24,852 nt of DNA from positions 1 through 24,852 of the IMG/VR virus record IMGVR_UViG_3300017766_002849, one strand, 5' to 3'. This stretch comes from a virus. Taxonomy: Duplodnaviria; Caudoviricetes. Shown here piece after piece: positions 1-7,298 of this stretch. Every line of letters starts with the position of its first letter. The stretch's first letter is position 1. The notes beneath the pieces were generated by a model. That model did no database searches. It was not told the origin of the DNA and worked only from the letters and a program-made list of their open reading frames with translations. The position numbers and the translations under genes were made by a program.

Positions 1-26
1 GCTGTTAAATTAAAAGCTGCTGCCAT
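1..26 (-). CDS. 5' end of next gene (MAAAFNLT...), probably tape measure protein
   Basis: ATG at 26-24 with AGGA about 10 nt upstream; frame open to the window edge. Product inferred only from its position after the tail tube and chaperone genes. Confidence 0.45.
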
Positions 27-49
27 ATTGTAGAGTTCCTAGGTCTTAT

Positions 50-80
50 AAAAAAACACCATGCGGCGAAACATGGTGTT
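50..80 (-). terminator. Intrinsic terminator-like hairpin
   Basis: Perfect 9-bp stem AACACCATG (55-63) / CATGGTGTT (72-80) with an 8-nt loop, followed on the minus strand by a U run (A50-56). Lies just downstream of the 113..955 gene. Confidence 0.8.
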
Positions 81-100
81 CTATTTAGTAATCATACTAT

Positions 101-108
101 ATTACACT
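101..108 (-). promoter_or_regulatory. Variant of the RGTGTAT motif (AGTGTAAT)
   Basis: One mismatch to the motif, intergenic, 74 nt upstream of the ATG at 26, but upstream of the 50-80 hairpin. Confidence 0.35.
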
Positions 109-112
109 ATTT

Positions 113-955
113 TCATTCTTTTTGTTCAACTTTAACCTCTTCCTTAACTGCGGCGATCTTGGCCTCAACGATAGGATTTCCACTATCGTCAAGAAATGGT
201 TCGCTTTCCACCACAAAATCTCCATTAGCGTCCACTCTATTGCCAAACTTATCTATTAGATTGCCATCTTTATCAATAAATCGGCCATCTTCATTAATAA
301 GTCTACCTTCTCGATCTACCAGCTTTCCTTCGCTATTAACAAATCTAAGCTTATCGTCAACAAACTTATACTTTGTTAGGAACTTATTCTCTGGCAAATT
401 CTTCTCATAATTACTATCAAGACCATAAAGCATACTGGCTAATGTTTGAGCGCCAGCAATAGCCACGAGATCATCGCCCTTATTCAGATATTCTTCCAGA
501 TTAGCAAAATATCTAGAGTTATCGGCTTTGCGAAGAATACACGCGCTAGCCAGATAATTAAATCTACTATTATCGGCCTGACCTTCTGCACTATGATTAT
601 CTAAAGAAGTTCTATTACTAATTAGCTGTCTCATAGTATCTCGTAATTCTTGCATCTTGATAGCTAGTTGTTTTGCCTCTACGAGCTTAATACCTCCTTT
701 CGCTAATTTCTTTTCGTTATCTAGCAATTCTTTTTGCAGAGATTTGAACTCGTCTTCTTTCTTGTCGTTCCATAAGCCCTGCTCCTTTAATAGATCATCC
801 ATCTTGGCTCGCACCACGCTGCCGCTCGTTACGGCGTCTGTGAAGGCTTGGTTATAAACTTTCTGGGCTTCCCTCTGATCATTTAAAGTGGGTGACCTGA
901 CGATAAATTCCACATCCTGACCATCAATATTGACTGTAAAATCTTTAGTTGCCAT
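113..955 (-). CDS. Tail assembly chaperone-like protein (gpG-like) with C-terminal 7-aa repeats
   Basis: Lies between tail tube and putative tape measure. GAGGAG (968-963) sits 7 nt before ATG 955, favouring the MATKDF start over 961. Helical/coiled-coil core, paralogous to 1259..2308. Confidence 0.6.
   Translation of the reverse strand: MATKDFTVNIDGQDVEFIVRSPTLNDQREAQKVYNQAFTDAVTSGSVVRAKMDDLLKEQGLWNDKKEDEFKSLQKELLDNEKKLAKGGIKLVEAKQLAIKMQELRDTMRQLISNRTSLDNHSAEGQADNSRFNYLASACILRKADNSRYFANLEEYLNKGDDLVAIAGAQTLASMLYGLDSNYEKNLPENKFLTKYKFVDDKLRFVNSEGKLVDREGRLINEDGRFIDKDGNLIDKFGNRVDANGDFVVESEPFLDDSGNPIVEAKIAAVKEEVKVEQKE
215..361 (-). repeat. Seven tandem 7-aa coding repeats, [VI][DN]xxG[KRND][LFR]
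   Basis: VDDKLRF-VNSEGKL-VDREGRL-INEDGRF-IDKDGNL-IDKFGNR-VDANGDF = 147 nt; the first unit lacks the Gly. Confidence 0.85.
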
Positions 956-1262
956 TATCATTCTCCTCTTTCACCTTGAATTTATAACTATATGTAACTT
1001 TGGGCTTATCTCTTAATAACGTATCCAAATCTTCTTCTAAAGCGCGAATCTGTTTATTGCCGTGATTCAAGATATTATTCCTGACATCCTGCCACATATT
1101 ATCAAAGTAAATTTCTTGGTCTGTGAGTTGTTCGTCTGGACCCTTATAGTGTCCCCATAGATAACCAAAAACATTTTCAAATTTTGATATCGATCCGATC
1201 ATTGTGGTCCGTAATCTCTTAATAGCAAGAGCTATTACTAAATCTCTATTGTCGTTTGTCAT
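945..1262 (-). CDS. Hypothetical phage protein (105 aa)
   Basis: ATGA overlap with the upstream stop at 1259-1262; overlaps the downstream gene by 11 nt; helical-looking; no family recognised. Confidence 0.8.
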   Translation of the reverse strand: MTNDNRDLVIALAIKRLRTTMIGSISKFENVFGYLWGHYKGPDEQLTDQEIYFDNMWQDVRNNILNHGNKQIRALEEDLDTLLRDKPKVTYSYKFKVKEENDNGN

Positions 1263-2308
1263 GGTCTTATCCTACTTCTTTGCTTAAGTAAATCCATTTG
1301 TACGTCTGGTAATGACGCTACATTTACGCCTTCTTCGTTACTGTTCTTGATCAAAGCTTCTCTTTGCTTGATAATCCTCTGAGATTCTGCGCCGTTAAGC
1401 GCCATAATATCCGCAACTTCGTCCCTATCTGCAACTATAAATATCTCTTTGGCATTCCCATGTCTATTAGATACACTGTTTGCGTCATTTTCTTGTTTTT
1501 GTTTTTCTACTTGTCGTTTTTGATATATCATCCATCCGTCTAACATATCGTCGTCATTTAGAACATTCTCGTTTGGACATTCTGGATGTTCATAAATTCT
1601 ATCATACATGATGCTTAGATTAATAAGCGTTCGTTGTTCTTCCGTTAGTTCTATAGGTGGTTTGCCGAAGATATTGTCTTTGCCGCAATTCCATATTGCT
1701 TTCCATATTTCGTGTCGGGCCACTCTTTTATATTGTTCTATGGATATAGCATACTCATTAATAGTATTGACAATATTATTGTACTCATTATAACTAATAA
1801 GATCTAATTTATCCCCAAAAACACGAGAGTTAGAATGCTTATAATACAGTGTGTTTCTAATCAAGAACTCTTGTTTTTTGCTTAAAGCGTGGTCCTCTAG
1901 CGTCAAATTATCTAAGTAGTGCTTTTTCCCGTATAGCTCGTTTAGAGATTCTTTGTATGTGGTCAAATCTTTACGAGTTGTTTTAATTCTTTTGGGGTCG
2001 TTTCTATTGATGTATAGATCATACTTCATGTTCTCTATACTTTTTTCTGTCTGAGACAATAACTTATCGTGCGAAGCGTTCCATAATCCTAGTTTATTTA
2101 GGATCGGAGACAAATAATCTTTTCTCATCCATTCTTCATATAAGTCGTTTTCTATGATACTGTCGTATAGAATTTCGGATTCATACTTTAGTTCTATAGA
2201 AGGATGATATAGTACGTAATCAGTACTGTCATAACAGAAACACAATTTACCAGAACTAATTCTATAGATTAGATGAGAAATATTGTCCATTGAAGATTCC
2301 GTATCCAT
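1259..2308 (-). CDS. Tail assembly chaperone-like protein (gpGT-like), paralog of 113..955
   Basis: Directly follows the tail tube gene. The N-terminal part aligns without gaps to the 113..955 product; the C-terminal domain is distinct. Start uncertain (TTG 2311, ATG 2308 or ATG 2290). Confidence 0.6.
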   Translation of the reverse strand: MDTESSMDNISHLIYRISSGKLCFCYDSTDYVLYHPSIELKYESEILYDSIIENDLYEEWMRKDYLSPILNKLGLWNASHDKLLSQTEKSIENMKYDLYINRNDPKRIKTTRKDLTTYKESLNELYGKKHYLDNLTLEDHALSKKQEFLIRNTLYYKHSNSRVFGDKLDLISYNEYNNIVNTINEYAISIEQYKRVARHEIWKAIWNCGKDNIFGKPPIELTEEQRTLINLSIMYDRIYEHPECPNENVLNDDDMLDGWMIYQKRQVEKQKQENDANSVSNRHGNAKEIFIVADRDEVADIMALNGAESQRIIKQREALIKNSNEEGVNVASLPDVQMDLLKQRSRIRP

Positions 2309-2315
2309 CAATAAA

Positions 2316-2351
2316 TATTGCGGACAGTGACCGTTAGGTTTGCCCGCAATA
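2316..2351 (-). terminator. Stem-loop (weak terminator/attenuator) after tail tube gene
   Basis: Minus-strand RNA UAUUGCGGGCA...UGUCCGCAAUA (11 bp including one G-U) with an inner ACC-UAAC-GGU, followed by an imperfect U tract UUUAUUG. Confidence 0.65.
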
Positions 2352-2378
2352 CTCGTGATTAAGTCTTTTTATTATCTA

Positions 2379-3458
2379 TCAGACAAACGCTGTGGTACTA
2401 CTAACAGAGAAGTTATTAAAGGTTTGATAACTATATGTTACTGTAACATTACCACCACCAGTATCTCCGGCACTTTGATTGGCGCTTGTTAGCTTATTAG
2501 TACTACCAAGATCAAACACATAGCCACTAGCCGTTGATGTTGGATCGCAAAGTACAACCCTGATTCTCTTGTCGGCCAAATTAGCAGCACTAGCTGCCGA
2601 ACATCCGGTCTGACTGGTGAAGTCATCAGCATTAACTTGACTTCCACTAACTGCTGTAACCTCAAACTCGCTGGTAACTTCTACTGGGAAGTTAATATAG
2701 CGATAATATGGCGCCCTTAGACCAAGCTGATTGATAGCTTCTCGTCCAAGACTGCAATTAATCGTCACACTACTAAGATGCAATTCTCCGTTGGCAAATG
2801 TTCCATAGATACCTCCACTAGCTCCTGTTGGAAGAATACTATTGGTTGTATCCAAACTCCATCTACGAGCCATACCCGGTTTGGTTTGTCCGCCGGGAAG
2901 ACCAGAACTAAAGTTGGTAATACCAGCAGTCCCATTCCATCTAAGGTTATTACTAACCAGTGTCAGATCCTCTGTGAAATTTCCTTCGCTATTAAATGTA
3001 TAGCTAACATTACTAACATAAGTTCCACTACTAAGAGCGTATGTGCTTGCTCCGCTGTTAGTATTGATAGAAGCGTCGTCCCAAATACCAAGAGCAACGT
3101 CGCATCTGCGGTCGCCAATCTGTGTTAGATTAAGACCATTACTTCCCGCTGTGGCTCCGCCCATTGTTCCACTAACAGCACCAGATCCGTCATTAACAAT
3201 ATTGTAAAGCAATCTGGTTCCATCTAGAAGTTTTTGCATTGTAATTTCAACATCAGGAACTTCTTCAATATTGGAGTAAAGATCCAATTGACCTAGTTGA
3301 TATGCTTGTTCCAGATTGAAATTAGTATTCAGACCAACACTCTGAACGCCCCGAACAACTCTTTCTGTACCATAATTATAGGCTGTTGATGTGGCGCTTT
3401 GTTGGCAGGGTCTTACTTTTATGGCTTGTACGGCGTAGAATATACGATTATTGGGCAT
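2379..3458 (-). CDS. Major tail (tube) protein
   Basis: 359 aa, beta-strand-like S/T/G-rich, RGVQSVGLNTNFNLEQAYQLG segment typical of tail tube N-terminal halves. GAGGA SD, upstream motif and downstream hairpin fit a high-copy protein. Follows the tail terminator. Confidence 0.75.
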   Translation of the reverse strand: MPNNRIFYAVQAIKVRPCQQSATSTAYNYGTERVVRGVQSVGLNTNFNLEQAYQLGQLDLYSNIEEVPDVEITMQKLLDGTRLLYNIVNDGSGAVSGTMGGATAGSNGLNLTQIGDRRCDVALGIWDDASINTNSGASTYALSSGTYVSNVSYTFNSEGNFTEDLTLVSNNLRWNGTAGITNFSSGLPGGQTKPGMARRWSLDTTNSILPTGASGGIYGTFANGELHLSSVTINCSLGREAINQLGLRAPYYRYINFPVEVTSEFEVTAVSGSQVNADDFTSQTGCSAASAANLADKRIRVVLCDPTSTASGYVFDLGSTNKLTSANQSAGDTGGGNVTVTYSYQTFNNFSVSSTTAFV

Positions 3459-3490
3459 TTTAGAATCCTCTAATAAGGGAAGAATACTAT

Positions 3491-4435
3491 TTAGTATATA
3501 ATTTCAGCAGTTAATCTAACTATACACCAGAAAAGTGTGGAAGAAACATTTTGCTGCGAATCAACATAGGTTACGTCTCTCAAGAGGGCGGTATTCCAAA
3601 CCAAGTCGTTTCTGTTAATAATTTGGCTATAATTTAACCCAGAAGGATTACGAGAACCATCGTTATTTAGGCCATAATATCCAGAAGCGGAAACCTTGTT
3701 AGCGTCATAAATCTTTAAAAACTTCTCTTCTTGAAGCTTAAGAATATCCACAAACATTTTACGCTGAACATCCGATTCAGTATAGATATGTACTATAAAG
3801 TCTTGTTTGCGCACAGTAACCAGCGAACCAAGTTCAAAAGCTTCGGATGTGTCTCGTGGAATCGCCTCTACTATTAAGCAAGGAAGTTGCACATTGTGGT
3901 TTGTTTCTGTGGTGGAATTAATAGTCTTATAGCTTAATTTTTGTAATACTTTTCTTCCCTCAAATTCGCTCGCTTTCAGAACCCTGCACCATCTATATGA
4001 GTAATTCATGGTAACATTAGAGTTTGCGGCCACAGACTTATCAAATACAACCTGACCATTATTGTAGTCTAGTTTATATGAAGAGTTTAAAACGCCTGTT
4101 GGTCCGGGATAAAATGTATTATTGATATATAGTCCAGAAATATTAATAGGACTGGTGCCGTTGTAATCTATGCCAGTTTCCCAAACCCACGCTTGTTTTG
4201 GGGTAGCCCACACTGTATTTGCTTTATATGCTGGATCTTCTACTACTTTTAACTTATTAAATGAGTTATTATATAGTCCTGTAACTGCCACGTTAACATT
4301 AACAAATCCACCAACATTTAGCAGTCCATGAGATAAAAAGCTTTTAAGATTATCTTCCACAGTATTAATGTAGAACGTGTCGTTTAGATTATCGACAAAA
4401 TTCAGTCTGTCAAAATTCTGATTAACATTACTCAT
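3491..4435 (-). CDS. Tail terminator/completion protein with inserted beta-rich domain
   Basis: Immediately upstream of the tube gene. LPCLIVE...ELGS...DFIVHIYTESDVQRKMFVDIL pattern resembles lambda gpU/SPP1 gp17-type terminators. ATGA overlap at 4432-4435. Confidence 0.6.
   Translation of the reverse strand: MSNVNQNFDRLNFVDNLNDTFYINTVEDNLKSFLSHGLLNVGGFVNVNVAVTGLYNNSFNKLKVVEDPAYKANTVWATPKQAWVWETGIDYNGTSPINISGLYINNTFYPGPTGVLNSSYKLDYNNGQVVFDKSVAANSNVTMNYSYRWCRVLKASEFEGRKVLQKLSYKTINSTTETNHNVQLPCLIVEAIPRDTSEAFELGSLVTVRKQDFIVHIYTESDVQRKMFVDILKLQEEKFLKIYDANKVSASGYYGLNNDGSRNPSGLNYSQIINRNDLVWNTALLRDVTYVDSQQNVSSTLFWCIVRLTAEIIY
3521..3528 (-). promoter_or_regulatory. Putative late promoter motif GGTGTATA
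   Basis: 62 nt upstream of the tail tube ATG (3458), embedded in the W-C-I codons of the upstream gene. Confidence 0.6.
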
Positions 4436-5079
4436 ACATTATTCTCTACTGTTTGTTGTATTAGTTTCGTGATATCTTTTTCGCATCTTGATAATGCTCG
4501 TGTAATCCAGTTACTGGATATTGTTCCGGCAAACTGAGCGGGAACAGCCCAATTTACACCGTCCGACTCCACCATCACCGCATAGCCTGTACGAGATTCT
4601 GGATTGGGACCAAGTTGTACTTCATAGTTTTTAATTAATGGTCTTGTTCCTTCTAGTAATAACCATTTTAACCAAGGCAAATTGTAGAATCTACGAAGAT
4701 CAGTTACAACAGCGTTACCACTATTAATTATAGCTTGTAAATCCGCTTGACCCAACATTGTTAACTTAAATCCGCCGCGGAATCCCAGACCAGTAATAGA
4801 TATTGTGTTTTTGGTTACTTGTAAAGTACTAAGTATAGATTGTATCACCCTATCTACGCTGGTTGTGTCTGCTATTCCAAACTCGTATCTCAATACGCCA
4901 CCAGTTAATGAATCATATTCTGGTTCGGCTTTTATTGCTTTCTCTACTATATTTCTAATTCCGGCTTCAATTGCTGGTATGCTACTGTTGATTGTTTTGT
5001 TTACATCTCCCAACAAAGCGTTAAGCATAGCTGTTCGAATGGCGCTATTGCTTTCGATCACTTTCATTTTAACTTGCAT
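4432..5079 (-). CDS. Neck / tail-completion protein (HK97 gp10 position)
   Basis: Synteny between head closure and tail terminator. Likely start ATG 5079 (TAATG overlap with the upstream stop) rather than TTG 5094; LPWLKWLLLEG segment. Confidence 0.55.
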   Translation of the reverse strand: MQVKMKVIESNSAIRTAMLNALLGDVNKTINSSIPAIEAGIRNIVEKAIKAEPEYDSLTGGVLRYEFGIADTTSVDRVIQSILSTLQVTKNTISITGLGFRGGFKLTMLGQADLQAIINSGNAVVTDLRRFYNLPWLKWLLLEGTRPLIKNYEVQLGPNPESRTGYAVMVESDGVNWAVPAQFAGTISSNWITRALSRCEKDITKLIQQTVENNV

Positions 5080-5585
5080 TATGGTAGCATCCAATTTGTC
5101 AAAATATAATCATGATTACCAAAACCCATAGGAGTTGGATCGCCAGCTTTGGTATATAGATTATTTGAGCCTATATTTGAGTTTAGTACAGCTTGTGTGC
5201 AATTATTAATTTTGTTTAATAGCGATATAGAACATAGTGTTTGAGCAGATATGTTGGGTGTGTTTACAAATTTCGGACCCCAGTTTAACCAATATTTACT
5301 ATCAAGAATAACAGCCATATAAACAGTTTCACTACTGTCATAATCCACTTTACCAAATCCACCACACACCGGACAAATACTACCTTCTGGAAAACTAACT
5401 GGTCCGGTGCCGTTATACTTATTTAGAGACTGATTCATTATCTTGTCATAGATACAGTTCTTACAAAATGTGGTATTGGTAGAATTGTATTTGAGTAAAC
5501 AAGGAACGGTCAATCCATCAGCAGCTAAAATCATATCTATTTGAGAGTTGAATAAAGCTTTTAGTTCTGATGATATTATATTCAT
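5079..5585 (-). CDS. Head closure (stopper)-like protein with CxxC...CxxC zinc-binding insert
   Basis: CKNC and CPVCGG motifs; position downstream of the adaptor; function by synteny. Confidence 0.55.
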   Translation of the reverse strand: MNIISSELKALFNSQIDMILAADGLTVPCLLKYNSTNTTFCKNCIYDKIMNQSLNKYNGTGPVSFPEGSICPVCGGFGKVDYDSSETVYMAVILDSKYWLNWGPKFVNTPNISAQTLCSISLLNKINNCTQAVLNSNIGSNNLYTKAGDPTPMGFGNHDYILTNWMLP

Positions 5586-5594
5586 AACTTATTC

Positions 5595-6020
5595 TCAGCA
5601 AGTTGAGCATGGATTGGTGGGTGTTGGGCAATTAAAGTCATCTGGATTAACTGTTAGTCTGGCAACAGGAGTAATAAAGCCCTGATATAATCTGATAATA
5701 TTTGGACCACTACCGGTATAAGCTTCGTTCGGAGCTTTAATATCAAGATCATATGTTGCAGAATCGAACGTCATAGCTGCGGCTTCTGATGCCGAAACTA
5801 TGAATGTGATTACTCCACTAGAATTTCCACTAAGAGAATAAGAACTATTGGCCGTTCCACTCAAAAATGTTTTATTGTATGATTCGCCAACGTTAGACTG
5901 AATACATATTCTCACACAGTAGTTGGTTAGGTCTATGCCACTACCCGAACTATCTGTATAAGTAAAAGATAGCGAATTTACTGCTGATCTATCTATAGAA
6001 AAATCTAATTGAGTTGTCAT
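5595..6020 (-). CDS. Small beta-sandwich virion protein (collar/fibre-anchor-like), paralog of 16321..16722
   Basis: Shared FSI...Y.D..G..[IV]DLT.[YW]C.RI...TF..A.YD...P...Y.G.G...R...G pattern. Start probably ATG 6020 rather than TTG 6026. Confidence 0.65.
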   Translation of the reverse strand: MTTQLDFSIDRSAVNSLSFTYTDSSGSGIDLTNYCVRICIQSNVGESYNKTFLSGTANSSYSLSGNSSGVITFIVSASEAAAMTFDSATYDLDIKAPNEAYTGSGPNIIRLYQGFITPVARLTVNPDDFNCPTPTNPCSTC

Positions 6021-6034
6021 AAACAATATTCCAA

Positions 6035-6550
6035 TCAGGTATAAAAGTCTCTATGGCGAGAATAATTTGTACGAATAGATCTTGGGTCGAACTTGTTACC
6101 AACAAATGGAGACAGTACCGCACGAATAGCTGTAGCCTCGCGCACATCCCAGTGGCTAGTAAGCTCGTCGTATGCTGCACACGGACCTAGTTCTAGAATT
6201 GTTTTAATGCCAGCCAAACTACCGGCCACACTAAGTTGTGCTGGTCCGAGCGCGGCCCTAATACCTTCCGTAGCAGCTTTTGTACGCAGCGTACTTTGAT
6301 CGGTAATACACGCGGCTTTGAGACTTACTAAGCTAATAAAAATACTGTCGTCGTCATCGGTTGGGTCAGGAGTTATAGTAGGATTAACCACATTGATAGA
6401 ATACTGGTGATCCAAAACAACGTCAAACTGAACGTACTTAGCAGCAACAACAATTACCTGTAGTAATCTTTCGTCGCTATAAGTGGGAGTATCAGATAGG
6501 TCGTTAATTAGTGTACGAACTATAATAGGAATTTCTATATTCCAACTCAT
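6035..6550 (-). CDS. Head-tail adaptor (connector) protein
   Basis: N-terminal IVRTLIND...TYSDERL helix pattern characteristic of SPP1 gp15/HK97 gp6-like adaptors. GGAG SD; first gene of the neck block. Confidence 0.7.
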   Translation of the reverse strand: MSWNIEIPIIVRTLINDLSDTPTYSDERLLQVIVVAAKYVQFDVVLDHQYSINVVNPTITPDPTDDDDSIFISLVSLKAACITDQSTLRTKAATEGIRAALGPAQLSVAGSLAGIKTILELGPCAAYDELTSHWDVREATAIRAVLSPFVGNKFDPRSIRTNYSRHRDFYT

Positions 6551-6590
6551 AATTTCTCTCCAGTATAATAAATTGGCCTTTATCTAATAT

Positions 6591-6598
6591 AATACACT
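6591..6598 (-). promoter_or_regulatory. Putative late promoter motif AGTGTATT
   Basis: 40 nt upstream of ATG 6550, overlapping the TAG stop of the upstream gene. Confidence 0.65.
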
Positions 6599-7298
6599 AA
6601 ATAGTCGCCCCTTCGGCAAAAGCCCGGTCAAGATCACTTTCCGATAATCCTAGCTGAGAAGCCAGAGAATTTATCCACTGATATGATCTTTCAATATATG
6701 GAGCATATTCCCATTCTGTTCGTATGCTTTCTCTTAAAATTGGATCTTCTATAGAATCTATAACAGAATTTATAATGTTGGGATCTATACCGTTTTGTAT
6801 TAGCCATAATCTGGCTTGTCTGGCACTGATCCTCTCATTAGGAATATTTGTGACAATAGGATCTAATTTTGCCACAGTTTCTTGTTGTTGTGCCGATAAT
6901 GCGGATATATCATTTTCAATTTTGACTACAGATTCTTCTTGAGATTTGCTCATATCAACTATAGTAGAATTAATAGAATCTATCTGATCTGGCTTTACCG
7001 ACACTTTTTCAATCTCATCTATTTTAGCCGTAAGTTCGTTAATTTTTTGATCCAAGAAAGAGGCTGGAGATGCTGGATCAATAGCTACTAAAGGATTATC
7101 ACTGGGGTTTCGCGGAGTTATTCCCAAATCTAAACAAGCTTGAACATATTCCTGATGATTTGTGCCTATCCAATAAACTGTAGTACCAGCACCAACTGTT
7201 GTAACACAATTAGATGGAGTAAGTCCGTCATAATAAGACGCTCCATCCGACAGTATCCAGTATGTTGGTTCTTTGGGAAAAATAATTTGCGAAGTCAT
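6597..7298 (-). CDS. Fibre-associated / fibre assembly chaperone-like protein with coiled-coil middle
   Basis: Start likely ATG 7298 (ATGA overlap). The C-terminal ISARQARLWL...EWEYA..IER....I..L...LGLS...LD..F domain is of a kind often seen downstream of phage fibre genes. Confidence 0.6.
   Translation of the reverse strand: MTSQIIFPKEPTYWILSDGASYYDGLTPSNCVTTVGAGTTVYWIGTNHQEYVQACLDLGITPRNPSDNPLVAIDPASPASFLDQKINELTAKIDEIEKVSVKPDQIDSINSTIVDMSKSQEESVVKIENDISALSAQQQETVAKLDPIVTNIPNERISARQARLWLIQNGIDPNIINSVIDSIEDPILRESIRTEWEYAPYIERSYQWINSLASQLGLSESDLDRAFAEGATI

Noticed and set aside
1470-1477. AGTGTATC site inside the 1259..2308 gene (and one antisense copy near 16926)
   Set aside because: It is 207 nt from the next start, outside the 33-62 nt range of the other sites. 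It could be a restart promoter but is not supported enough to call.
1924-1930. GGGAAAA lambda-like slippery heptamer in the chaperone-like gene
   Set aside because: It is read GGG AAA in frame, the wrong phase for X XXY YYZ -1 slippage, and lies inside the conserved shared domain.
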